DNA of 64,000 bases from Caecitellus pseudoparvulus (lineage: Eukaryota; Protista; Bigyra: Bicosoecida), in the NCBI GenBank assembly GCA_965644315.1, contig CBFFRQ010000027.1, positions 26,511-90,510 on the forward strand. Reading direction: 5' to 3'. Under the pieces are notes generated by a model, which saw only the letters and a list, made by a program, of their open reading frames with translations, was not told the origin of the DNA and did not search any database. Position numbers and translations under genes: made by a program. This document shows, piece by piece, positions 30,401 through 43,033 of the stretch (the stretch's first letter is position 1; every line of letters starts with the position of its first letter).

Positions 30401-33400
30401 GAAGCGTACCGCCGACAGAGCTGTGGCTGGGTGAGCGACGTGCTGGAGAAGTGTGAGGACCTGCCAGACACGATGAAGGGCGACGCTTGGGTGTCCCTGG
30501 TCATCCGGCACCCAGAGGGGCTGGCTGAGAAGGTCAAGGCGCACTATGAGTCCTTCGACGCGAGCTCCCAGTCAGGCAGCGTGTCGCTGCCTGGAGCCCG
30601 GGATGAGGACGAGGTGCTGGGGCGCATGCTGCTGACGAAGACGCTGTCGTCTGACTACCACTACGACTACCGGTCAGAGACGGGGGACGACGAGGGCGGC
30701 ACCAGCACAGGCCCGCCTGACTTCTGGATGGAGATCCAAATCATGCGGTACCGCAAGGAGGTGCGCATCTTCGTCCTGAGGGAGCTCGCCCGCAGGGCCA
30801 CGCGGTCCTTCGTCTTCTCCACGGATGGCCGCTACGCCAACAAGTTCTACCTGTCCACCCTGCTGAACGCCCGTGCCTTCCCGTGGTTGAAGAATGCCCG
30901 CTTCGCCTCGTGCAACTCATCCGAGTCGTACGCTGACCGACACTACTACGGCGGCAGTCCTGACGTTGTCATTACACGGCGCTTGCAAGCGTCTCGAGAT
31001 GCAGAGGAAGGTGCAGACGAGGACTCCACCCAGGAGGATGACGACGACGCTGCCAGTGGCGCGGGCAGCTCAGACAGCGAGGGCGAAGGCGCGGGCAGCT
31101 CCGGCGCGTCGTCAGACCCAAGCTCCCTGGCCATGTCCATCCTCGCGTCTCAGGAGGAGACCTTCCTGCCACCCACCGTGCTGTCCTCCCTGCTTCCTGA
31201 CGGCATTTGCAGTCAGTACGACTTCTGGCTGTCGGGGAAACCCTCGGGCACCAGGGAGGTCGTCAGCTTCCGAGGGTACCCTAGATCTTTCCGCGCCGGC
31301 CGCACATTCCTGGAATTGGATTTGAAGCGCGTGCCCCGCCTGTCTGATGGAAAAGAGACCTTGCAGTGGGAGGCATGGGTGCGGCGGTTCACCCTTGCCG
31401 CGTCCACCCACAGACGGACCGCCTCAGGCGCTGCTGCGGGTGACGGCGACAGCGAACCCACCATCCGCATCGCAAAGATCGAGCTGCTCCTGGACGCCTC
31501 CCGTGCCGCCGTGGGCAGCACGCTGGAGAAGATCGCTTCGGTCATGCTGCGCATGGAGGGCCTGTCGGACACGTTGTTCTGGTCCGAACTGCCTGTTCCG
31601 TCTGAGGACGCGTGGACGTTCAAGCAGCCAGACGGCACGCTGGCAGTGCCGCCTTGCGAGGTGCAGCCTGGCGCAGACGTCGCCGTGAGCAAGGTGGAGG
31701 TGCTCTCCCTCGGATGCAGCTTCACGCCCAAGGGTGCGTCTGCCTGGCTGCAGTCCCGCCGCGCCGAGACGCTGGGCGACCACGCCTCAGGCGTGCGCCT
31801 CATGAGCGACGACTTCGACGGGCTGTACGTCAGCGACGCGCGGTCCTCCGAGCTGGCCCGGCACTTGCACGGCATGCCCTTCGCCATCGTGCTGGAGAAC
31901 GAGCAGCTGGAGCAGTTCATCATGGCGCCCAACTACCCCGTCGTGAACACCAAGGTGAGTCGGGGCTCCCCCTTCTCCACGGAAATCACCGCCACCCGAG
32001 ACCCAGACTGGCGGAGGTCGGTGAACACGCGGTACTACCTGTACGCGCTGCACCGTTCAGGCGCCTTCTTGACGTGCCCCTCCGTGGGTGCCGCGTTCTA
32101 CCTCGTCCGGCTCGCGATGTATGCTCGGGACTACCGTCGGGCCAGCGAGCTGCTGCGCGCCGCGTACAAGGACTCGTCCATGACTGGCGAGGAGCAGTTC
32201 ATGTTCAACGCCCTGCTGCAGTGCAGCGGCGACCAGCACCCGGATGCACATGCGCTGCGTCTGCACTGCGCCCTGATCGGCAACGCCTCCGGCATCTTCG
32301 ACTCCCTGAAAGAAGTGCGCCTCATCGGCAGCAAGCAGGGCCACCGCAACGTGGGGCGCAGCGTCAGGGGCTCAGGTGCCCGCGAGTGGCAGCGAGTGAT
32401 TGAGAACGACCTCGGGTCGTACATGGCCAAAGAAGACCACGTCGGCTTCTACGCAACCCTGACCCCTGTGCAGTTGCAAGAGCTGGGGCGTGCGGCGTGT
32501 CTCAGCGGCGCCGCCCTCATTCCTTACTTGGCTGCGGCAGTGGACTGCGGGCCCTCCCAGTCAGCCGACGTGGTGCCGCCGCCACCCTCTGGCTCCCTGC
32601 GCTTGGAGCGCCTGCCATCGCGCCTCGCCGCCACTGACGAAGGCGGACAGCTGGTGCGGCTGTACAAGGCCGTGAGCAGCAGCTCCATGTGCATGGGCAC
32701 AGCTGGCCTCGTGAAGCCCCACTTGCCCAAACCTGGCCGGTACTACATGCATGTGGCCTTTGCCAAGGCCAAGCACATGGAGTTGACAGCCAGTAAGGCT
32801 AGCGAGCTGCCACCCGGGGCGACACTGAAGTTCTTCCTGGACGCGGAGTTCACAAAGCAGGTGGGCCCCGAGTACTCAGGCTCAGCCATGGTGGTGGACA
32901 AGGAGACGAACCCCAACCTCAAGGGCCGGATGCAGTTCTCGGAGCACTCCTGGCGCCAAGGGCAGCGTGTCGTGTTCAAGCCCAACTGGTCGGGCGTCAA
33001 GGGGGAGCGCCCCGTGACCCTCTTCACAGACTCTGTGTATGTCGTCATGGACTACTTGCCGGAGGGCTGTGACAAAGATGCAGTGCTGGCAGGCGACCCC
33101 ATCGATGCCTCCGCCCAAACGGACAGCACTGCTCAGCACTTCACTGGAGTGGTGCAGGCGGGCCTCAAAGCCATTGACACCTCCGAGATCCAGCGTGGGG
33201 ACGAGGACCTCCCCTACACCTTCGACCTTCGCTTCACTGCAGTGGCGCCTGTCTCTGCCGTGCCGTGGGGCCCCAGCGTCGAGGCGGGCATGGCGGAACT
33301 GAAGGCATTGAGGGAGCGCCACGCACAGGACACCACTGAAGCCGGCAAGGGCTCCCCTCCACCGTCTGTCAGCTGGTGGCGGGACGAGGACATGATCTTG

Positions 33401-36400
33401 AAGGACCCCGACGGGCATTACGTCAAGTTGGATCTGATTGCGCAGGCTGAAGAGAGCATCACGGACTCGAACCTCTTCGCCATGCTGCATTCCTGCTTGT
33501 CAACGCTGCGCCCACGAGCGGACGGCGTCTTTTTGTCAGAGCTGTACCACGTCCTGCCCTTCCCCGGGGACTTCTCCTCCGGTCAGCGCGACTGGACACC
33601 GACTGTCACCAACGCGCTCAGTGACGCGACGTACCTGGGGCAGGCCTACATCGGCTTCTTCCTGCCTCTCTACTGCATGCTGGTCGGCCAACACCGCCTG
33701 GACATCTTCCGCGAGACGGAGACGGAGACGGAGCGACGGAAGGAGGAAGTGACGAGGAAGGCCGCCGCGGCAGCCGCTGAGAAGTGGGACATGGAAGAGG
33801 CGGAGCGCCGAAAGCGAGCTGCAGAGGCCAGTACAGAGGGTGACAGCGGGGCGCAGACCGAGGACGCTGCTGAGGCGGCAGAGTTTGCCCTCGGCGGCGG
33901 AGCCGCGGCTGCAGTCGTGGAGGATACCACGCCTCAGCCTTCCCGCGCACGCGAGGCCGCCATCGAAGCAGCTGTGACAGCGGCCCAAGAAGAGCTGGGC
34001 GCCGAGATGCTGCATGAGATGCGCCAGTTCGGCAACCCTGCTCCAGGCACTGCGACGCTGGTGAAACTCATGGCGGCAAGCATGATGGATGCTCTGGAGA
34101 GGTCCAACATGCACTCGCACAATTCGACGCTGGCGTCGCTGCAGGACCGGCGCATGGCGGTGGCGATCCTGCTCCTGTTCGCCGTCGCGGCAGAGCACGA
34201 CGCGCAGTACGGCGACGCCGTCAAGTTGACGGCTGCACTGCCGGAGTTGCCGCTGTCGCACGCTGCGGCCGTGAGGATGGTGTACGAGGATGCGGGCGTG
34301 CTGAAGCCCACGACGGCTGCTGGGATCGCCCTGCGCGAGGAGCTGGACCGCAAGATCGAAATGGTCAAGGCGTCGAGGCCGGCACTGGCTTCTGCGCGAA
34401 CGCTGCGGCACCTGAAGAACCCCTTCCGACGGGGGCGCGTCAAGTCGTCTCAGTCGCACAACCGACGTGGCGATGAGGGCGTGCTGAAGCAGACCGACGA
34501 CATTTTCCAGCGCGTGTTCGAGAAGAAGATTTTCCGTGCTGCCGCCATGATCGCCTCCTCCTCATACTTGCGCTTCAAGTACCTGCGCGAGCCCACACCC
34601 ATGTACGTCATGATCGAGGGGGCGCTTTCGCACCACGTGCGCATCCAGCCGCGGCATATTCACCCCCAGAAACAACCGAAAGCGTCCAACTACCAGCGGA
34701 GGGCGTTCTCGCTTCCCACGACTGACGTGTCCAGGGAGGTGGTGGAGACGCTGAGCCAGCCTCTCTCTGACTGCGCTGCGTTCGTGGAGGCTGAGAGCGA
34801 GGCAGCAGCAGTTGCTTCGGAGGCCGCTTCTGCAGCACTGTCACTCGACAGCCTGCCGTTTGAAGTGCGCCACCTGTCCGTGGCACACTCGCACTCTGGC
34901 CAGCAGTTCCTGGAGCGCATGGAGGGCGATCTGCAGCGCAGCAGGGGCAAGTCCTCTGCCGCTGCTACACTGAAGGCACTGACCTCCGCCACCGTGGGCC
35001 ACATGAAGGCCGCTCTGTCCTCAGCGCTCTCACAGGGCAGCTTGGCGGACCTGGATGCCGACAGCCTGCGCGCCTTGGGCCCCCAGGCCACCGAGGTTGT
35101 CGCAGGCCTGGCTGAGTTCTCGCGACACCTGCACGGCGTGCTGCACTCCTCTCAAGCTGCTACCTGGTCCGAAGCCGAGCGCCTGTACACCGACGCCAAC
35201 TCGGAAAACGTCGCCGGCACGCCCAGCACGTCAGACGCAGTGCTGTTCAGAGCTCGGCGACTCTCTGGCGTGCAGCCCATCGCAAGCCTGCTGCACGTCA
35301 TGGGCAGCGTGCTGTCCACTGCTGGCGAGGCAGACTTGCAAGACTGCAACTCCTTCATCGGCCCAGACGAGTCGGACTCGCTCTTCGAGCGAGCTGCGTT
35401 GCTGATGATGCAGTCGGTACGGGCGAGCCAGGCGGCATCTGCCATGATGGAGGTGACTGGTCTGCTGAAGAAGCTGCAGGGGTGCTTCGTGGAGGCCTTG
35501 CAGTCTCTGCTTGTGCAGCCGCACCCCGGCTCTGCATCCGCGACCACAGCCCTCCTCCCGTCCGGCGCAGAGCTGGCGGCACTGTACCGCACTGGCTTTG
35601 ACTTTGTGCAAGCGCACGCCCTGTGCATGCAGGCTGCAACCGCCGTGCGTTCAGCCGTGGACACGCTGGCGGCAGCAGCTTCCGTGTCCTCCGAGGATGC
35701 CTTGCAGGCACTGCACCTGCACATGGCTGTCGGCACTTTCATGCTGGACTTTGACACAGACAAGCTGCTGCAAGACGTTGCCAGCGGCGCCGTCCAGAAG
35801 CTACTTGACTGCTTGCCGTCAGTGCGCGCTGGGTGCTGTGTGGAGGGGCAAGCGGTGCAGGCACATGTGCACCGCGAGGAGCCCAGCGTGGTCAGCGAGC
35901 GCCGTGTGGCAGTGACGCTGGACACGCTGTCCTCCAGCTCTGCCGCTGCCGCGCGCCGTCTTCGTCAGCAACGGCACTTCTTGGAGCAGAGCGACTCGGC
36001 CATTGCCTTCGACCCTCGCTTCCTGGCCTTTGAGTTTGTGCTGGGCCTTGTGCTGCGCAAGCGCCAGGTGGAGCTGGTGGAGGACTTCTACGCGGCTGCC
36101 ATGGCAGGCAAGTCCTCTGTGCACCAGATGCTCATGGGTATGGGCAAGACCAGCGTCATTTCGCCGCTGCTGGTGCTGATGCTGGCAGACGGGCAGAGCT
36201 TGGTGACGCAGGTGGTGCCCGACGCCCTCTTGCACCAGACACAGGATGTGCTGCGGGCGCGCTTCAGCTCCATCATGCAGATCCAGATTTCCACCCTGGC
36301 CTTTGAGCGGTCCGACCCTGCGTTGGACACCGTGGACAAGCTGGAAGGCCTGCTGGACAGGGTCAACCGTGTGCGCCTGGACGGCGGCGTGATGGTGACG

Positions 36401-39400
36401 ACGCCCGCTTCCCTGAAGAGCATGATGCTGCAGTACTTGGACTACTTGCAGAGTGTGCAGGCCAGTCAGAAGATGCTGGAGGTGTCACCCGGCGACCCGG
36501 CAGTGGAGGGCAAACTGAAGCTGTTCATGAACGCCCGCACGTCCCGCAGCAAGGAGCTGAAGGCGGACGTGCTGCGGGACATCATGCGCATGTGGGGGCC
36601 CGCCACCCGCGGCCGCCTGTTGATGGACGAGGTGGACCTCATTTTGAACCCCCTCAAGTCGGAGTTGAACTTCCCCATCGGCGCCAAGGTGCCGCTGGAC
36701 TTTAGCCCCTGGCGCTGGGAGTTCGCCATGCACCTCATGGACGCGGTGTTCTATGCGAGCGGGGAGAAGCTGACGCCCGGCGCGACGGGGCACGACATGC
36801 CCATCACCATCACCGCCGAGGGCATCCTGGATAAGCTGCGCGCGTGTGTGGACGAAGGCACGCGCCAGCTGGCCATCCAGCGCAAGCCTCACCTGCTCAT
36901 TCTCCAGGAAGACTTCTTCAACACGCACCTGCGGCCGCTGATGGCGCAGTGGTCTGCTGTGTGGTTCAACTACCACGCTGACGAGTTCCACACACCAGGC
37001 GCCCCTGTCGCTGAGGCTGACTCTGCTGCCTTCATGATGTGCGACTTCACAGTCCCAGAGGGCTTGGCGGAACGCGTCGTGGCGGGCTGCACGCCCATGG
37101 GCATGCAGGCGCTGAACTTGATCCGGGACTGGATGAACTCGTTGCTGTTCTTCTGCCTGTCCAAGGTGCACCGTGTGTCCTTCGGCGTGCTGCAGCAGCG
37201 CGACATGCACCGCCTGCGAACGCAGCACACCTCCTCCTCCACCACGCCGTCCCGCATGCTGAACGCTGTGCCCTTCGTCGGCAAGGACTCCCCCAGCCCC
37301 GCCTCGGAGTTCGCACACCCTGACGTGCTGGTGGGGTTGACGGTGCTGAGCTTCCGCTACTCCGGCCTCCGTGGCTCAGACGTCGCCAAGCTCGTCACGC
37401 AGCTCAAGAAGGACCTGTCCAGTGAGCCGGGCCCCTTCGAGTCTCGCAAGTCATACCAGCTGTTCGCAAAGTGGACCTCCCTCGCCGCCGAGTCCGCCTC
37501 GGCAGGCAACTCCGCAGAGGTCTTGCCCCTGCACCTGGCCCAGCCGGCGGACCTTTCCCAGCTGAGTGGCATGACTGCGGCCATCTCGAAGATCCCTCAA
37601 GCCATCCTGTACTTCCTGCGCGTGAAGGTGTTCCCAGACACCATGCAGCACCAGCAGGTGAAGCTTACAGCCAGCGGTGTAGACTTGGGCTCGGACATGC
37701 TCTTCCACACCCGCCTGGGCTTCTCTGGCACACCATCAGACCTGCTCCCCATCGGCCTGCCATCGTGCCATTACGAGCTGGGCTCCGACGCAGCCATGGT
37801 GCGGCAGCTGGTGCGTGAGGACGTCGTCACGCCTCTCTGCCTGCCTTCTGACTGGTCGGTCAAGAGCGTGCTGAAGATGGTCGCCACGTGCACAGCGCCA
37901 GAGTACAATGCGCTCATTGACACGGGTGCCGTGGTGACGGGGCTGTCCAACTTGGCCGTGGCCAAGTTCCTCCTCAAGCACGGCCTGGACAGCAAGCAGG
38001 GCTGCGTGTACCTGAACAGCAAGGACGAGAAGATGGTATTCCTGCGAGATATGGCGACATCAGTGCCTCTGTCCCAGTGTGGCCTGGCCAAGGAGAAACT
38101 CTTCGTCTTCTTCGACCAAGTGCACACGACAGGCATGGACATTCCGCAAGCTGTCAATGCCCGTGCCTGTGCCACGCTGGGCAAGGACATGACCCTGCGG
38201 GACTACGCCCAAGGCTGCTGGCGCATGCGAGGGCTGGGCAAGGGGCAGACACTCACCGTGGCTCTCACGCCGGAGGTGGTGGAGCTGGTCCACGGCGTGA
38301 CGCCTGCCTTGGAGGATGGGCGCATGCCTGGCGACTTTGGCATGCCAGCGGCCATCCTCGCCTTCCTCGTCTCCAACTCCATGCGAGCCGAGCAGCTGCA
38401 GCACGTCGCGCTGGTGGAGCAGAACCTCTCGTACACGTGGCGCAAGCCTGCCTTTGTGGACCTGCTGAATTCTGCCAGCCCGGACGACGAGAACGCAGGG
38501 CTCGTGGCGCAGCCTGATGCGCTGCGCCTGCTCCTGGACGCCGGCGCCGCTGGCACCACCAAGCGCCGTCGGCTGAAGGAAGACAAGAAGATGGACGTGG
38601 AAGCAGAGATGCTGGACCAGACTACGTACGCGTTGGGATACGCTGCCGACTTGATGGAGGAGGCTGCGGACGATGCCATCGTGGATGCGGGCGCCGATTC
38701 CCACCGCAAGGTGGATGTCACGGCAGCTGACAAGCTGGCCACGTTTGACGCTTTTGTGCTGTCCAGGTATGGGCACGAGCGCAAACCCGAGCAGCCCATG
38801 GGCACTGGCATGCCCCTGCACCCGCCTGGCATGGGCGGCGGCGCGGCAGGTGGCGGCACGCTGTCAGCCCCAGGGTTCACCCCCGGCCTGTCACGGGCGC
38901 AGTCCATGGGTGGCGCAGCGGGCGACAGTGATGTGCCCCCTCCTCCTGCGCCTGCGATGGCGCCGCTGGTGCGGGCAGCCTCCCTGGGCTCGCCGACCCC
39001 TGCAGGAGGGGGCGCCACGCCGTCTTTGGAGGAGGACCTGAAGCCTGGTAGCTTGCACCCGCACTGGCTGAGCATGTGTGTGAAGGCCTTCCGAGACCCG
39101 CTGAACTTGCACTTGGCGTCGGACGTCCAGCAGCCAAAAGGCTTCACCGCCACACTGCTGGAAAAAAAGGAGCGGCGGCACTTGTTCATCGCGCACACCC
39201 CCGGCGCGGAGGAGGCCGCTGCCCACATGCTGGTGCTGGCGGCCAAGACCACTGGCTTGGCGTCGTCGGACGGCGTGGCTGCCTCTGACGCTGACGGAGC
39301 CCAGTTGACGCCGGAGCAGGAGACTGCTGCACTGGCCGTGCGTCGCGCGCTGCAGGGTGTGCAGGTGCTGGAAATTGAGAAAATGAAGGACGAAGAGAAG

Positions 39401-42400
39401 GAGAAGCAGAAGCAGCAGGAGAAGGAAATCGCCCGGCTGCTGGATGCAGACTTGGGCCTGGAGCTGCCTTTCCGTGTCATTGACTTCCTCGTGCACCCTG
39501 CTCGCCACCGGGAGGTGGGGCGGGGCCGCACATTCTACCCTCTCCGGGAGCTGGAGCTGGGCGGAGGACTGGAGGGTGCGGAGGAGGGGGATGCGCCTGC
39601 GACGAAGCACTCCCTCGCCTTCCCAAGCAGCGTCTGGGTGTCGGAGAACCACACAAATGAGACGAGCTTCTCCCGCTGCCGCCTGAAGAATGGCGGCCTG
39701 GCCCTGGTGTGGCGCCTGCCCGCCTCGCCGCTGTCTGAAGAGCAGTACCTGGCCCTGAACTCTGTGGAGGAGGAGCGGCAGGCGCAGAAGGAGGGCGTGA
39801 ACAAGCACGAGTTCGCCGACGGGCGGGAGGATGTCCTGGCAGCCAGGGCAAAGGCTGCCCGGGAGGCGGCTGACAAGGCGCCCAGCGCGCCGGCGCCTGC
39901 TGAGGCGCCTGTGGACCTGTCGCAGACAGAGTTCCTGGCGCAGGTGACACTGGCCGAGGCCGAGACGCTGCGGCGTGCGGTGCACACACGCCACCCCGCC
40001 TTGTCTCAAGCCGCGACTGGCTCAGCTGCAACAGTGGCGGTGGTGGCTGTGGATGGATGGGGGCTGGACTGGGCGCCGAGTGACACGGCAGCGGCCGACG
40101 CAGGCGAACCTCTGCAAGTCGCCGAGCAAGCCGCGACCGGACAGGTCTCGGCAGTGCCGGATTCTTTGCAAGTGGGTGCCAGTGCGCTGCAGTTCTACAA
40201 CTGCAACGTCTGGTACAGCGTGCAAGACCTGGCTGACCACTTGCTGCAGTGGACTGCAGAGTGCTCCCCCGAAGCGCTGGCGGGATTTTTCACACAGTGT
40301 GCTGCACTGCGCACGCGTGACCGCCGGGCGTTTTCTGGCACAGTCTTGGAGCCGATAATGGCCAAGAAGCCGAAGGACGACCTTGTCGCGGCCAGCAAAC
40401 TGGTGAAGCAAGCCACAACTGCCCTCATTGCAGCCCACGGCAGCGTCGCTGGCGCCGTGCTTAGCATGGTGGGCGACGGCAGCGAGACGGTCAAGCGGTC
40501 CGTTGTGCTGGGGGCGGTGCAGAGCGAAATCGACGCCTCTGGGCTGGATGAAGCAGCCACCCTCAGCGTGCTGTGGGGTGCCAACGAAGTGGAACTGGCG
40601 CCGGCCCTCGTCACGGCACACTTGCTGCACCTGTCTGCGCCGCGAAGCCGTTTGTTCAGAGCTGTGCTGTGTGCCGCGTCCGGCAAGCCGATGGCGAAGG
40701 AGATCGCTGGCTTGCACGCGGACGAGCTGACGAAACTCAGCGCAGACATGCCCGCCGAGGCGGACCTCTCCCTTGCAAACGCCGAGGTTGGGGATGAAGT
40801 CGTCGGCTCTGTGGATGCCGCAGCGGCTCTGGAGGCAGCAAAGCACGCACGCACCGTGCGTCGTGCTGACGCCACCTGTGGCAAGTACCTCCCCCCTGAC
40901 CAACCGTGGGTGCTGCATTCAGGGGACAGTGTCTTCATTTCCTCGGAAGGCTTCGTGTCGAGCGACCCTGCCGCAGACAACGGAGACAGCAAGCTAGCGC
41001 ACGTGGGACAGGCTGCCACAGCAGTTGTGGGGCACTCCCCCCTGTACAGCGGCGCGCATTACTACGAGTGTGTCCTGTCCCAGAACGGGCATGAAGTGCT
41101 TCACACGCTTCGGGAGGTGCACTTGGAGGTGACCCGCGCCCGGCGTCTCGCGCTGCAGGACGCCAAGAGCAAGAAAGAAGCCCAAGAAGGCGCGCCGAGC
41201 GGCACGCCGATCGGGGGGGATGCAAAAGAGGCCGACGGTGGTTCGGCTGCGGGCGTCGAGGACGGGCGCATCTTCACCGGCAGGCAGCAGCGGGCTGGTG
41301 GCTGGAAGGACGCACCGACAAAACCCGAGCCCAGCAGCACAGGCGTCGGGTGGCTGGCCAACGAGGACCAGCTCCTCGTCCTGCGCGGCGACGGCAAGGT
41401 GGCCTGTGGCGACGAGATCCTGGCCGATGCAGGCCGCGCTCTCAAGCTCGGCGACGTCGTGGGTGTGACTGCTGACTTGGGCAAGGGGCAGGTCGTGTTT
41501 TACCTCAACCACAAGTCTGTCGCTTATGTGGCGTTGGCCGACATTGAGGGCCTGGCAGGCTCCACTGACGCCCCTGTGGGCCTGCGGCCAGCGGTGCGTG
41601 TGAATGCGCACACGGCATGGCATGTCTTCCTCGGCAGCAAGGGGTGGTCGGAAGCCACCACTGCCTTGCTCATGGCCGAGTCGGGCTACCTGTCGGCTGC
41701 ACCAGCCTTCAAGGCCAGCCTCTTCTCGGTGTTCATGTCTGCTCAGCAAACCATCCCCGGCTTTGCCAACGTGCTGGAGTCCAAGGCCGGCGAGGAAGAG
41801 GAGGCGGGGTCTGGCGTGCTGCCGACCAACCACGCACCAGTCAGCGCCACCCTCCAGTGGCGTGAGGAGATGCAGGAGTTGCTGCGCAGTGGCGCCCGCG
41901 CCGGCAAGCTCGTGGAGCTGCGCGACCGCTCTGTCATCAAGGAGTACACGGCAGAGACGTCCAGCACGGACTACTCTTACTACTGCACCCTGGCTGGCTT
42001 GACCTTCAGCAGCGGGAAGTACTTGTTCGAGTTTTCGTTCGACAAGGGCGCTCAGGGTGCCCTGGGCTTCCGCACGGCCCCCTTCAGGTTCAGCGCCAAC
42101 CAGCAGAAGGGTCTGCACGACAACGCCGCCTTTGGCATCGACGGCATGACGCCCTCGTGCTCCAACCACTGGATGGGGGAGCTCTTCGTCAAGCGAGGCA
42201 TGGCCCACCAAGGCGAGCGCTGGAAGACTGACGTCACTTACTCCATTGCCGTGGACATGGATGTCGGCACCGTGTGGTACGGTGTGGACGGCAAGTGGAC
42301 TCTCCCGAATGGCCCTGCATACCGCCACATCCGAGAGGTGGCGGCGTCAGGCTTGAACATGGCAGTGCACCTGTATGCGTCCTCTCGCTGCAAGATTAAC

Positions 42401-42550
42401 GTGGGGCAGAGCCCGTTCAAGTGCGACGCGCCCCAGCCAGGCTTCCAGCCTCTACTCGCCTGGTTCTCAGAGCGGCTGGAGCTCCTGAACAAGGTGAAGG
42501 AAAGCGCAGCCGCCACAGCAGGTGCTCCTGCTGCGGAGGCAGCGCAATGA
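24411..42550 (+). CDS. Giant (~5,980 aa) protein: putative Cys-protease domain, two CUB-like domains, UBA-like segment, DUF3638/DUF3645 SF2-like P-loop ATPase, two SPRY domains
   Basis: Exons 24411-24537, 24606-24769, 24836-24926 and 24996-42550; the start is uncertain. Motifs VLPGGW...GGHA...CNSGQG...PQRAGTC; HQMLMGMGKT; LLMDEVD; AVPFVGKDSPSPASEFAHPDV; LGFSGT; ALIDTGA; FFDQVHTTGMDI; QGCWRMR. SPRY motifs GDVVGVTADLGKGQVVFYLN and SGKYLFEF...IAVDMDVGTVWYGVDG...INVGQSPF. Confidence 0.88.
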
Positions 42551-43033
42551 GTTGCCTGTGGGGCACTCAGCCTAGCGGGGCACATTTCACCCAGCAATGC
42601 AAATGGCGTGTCCGTGCTGAGATTGTGGGGGCTCATGACAAGGCGTTGAGTGTGCATTTACTGCTCCGGCGGCGCGGGGCGTCTGTGTGGGCCCCCGGTG
42701 GCCGTGCGTATGGTGTTGCGACGCCAGCACAAAGCGCCGCTGCCGCTGGCTGTCGACGTGTATGGCAGCGCTTGACGGCGAGGCAGCATCGCGCGCCGAT
42801 AAGGTTAGACCCAAGCACATGGAAGAAGGCGGGTTTGGTGCTCCTGCGCGCCATGTTCTGTGGCTCGGGGTGTGAGTGTTGGGAGCTGGATTGCTGGGGC
42901 TGCCGCTGGGCGTTTCGCGCTGCAGGCGCGACGCGCTATGGCTCGAAACTCGCCCTGGAGTTGCCGCACGCGCGAAGCCTTGAAGGAGCTGTGTCACAAC
43001 AAAGTTTCCATTGTCCTGCACAGGCGCCATGCC

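Noticed and set aside
15213-42550. Apparent clustering of ubiquitin-related genes (OTU, PUB, protease-SPRY giant)
   Set aside because: Interspersed with unrelated genes in mixed orientation; eukaryotic adjacency alone is not evidence of a functional cluster.
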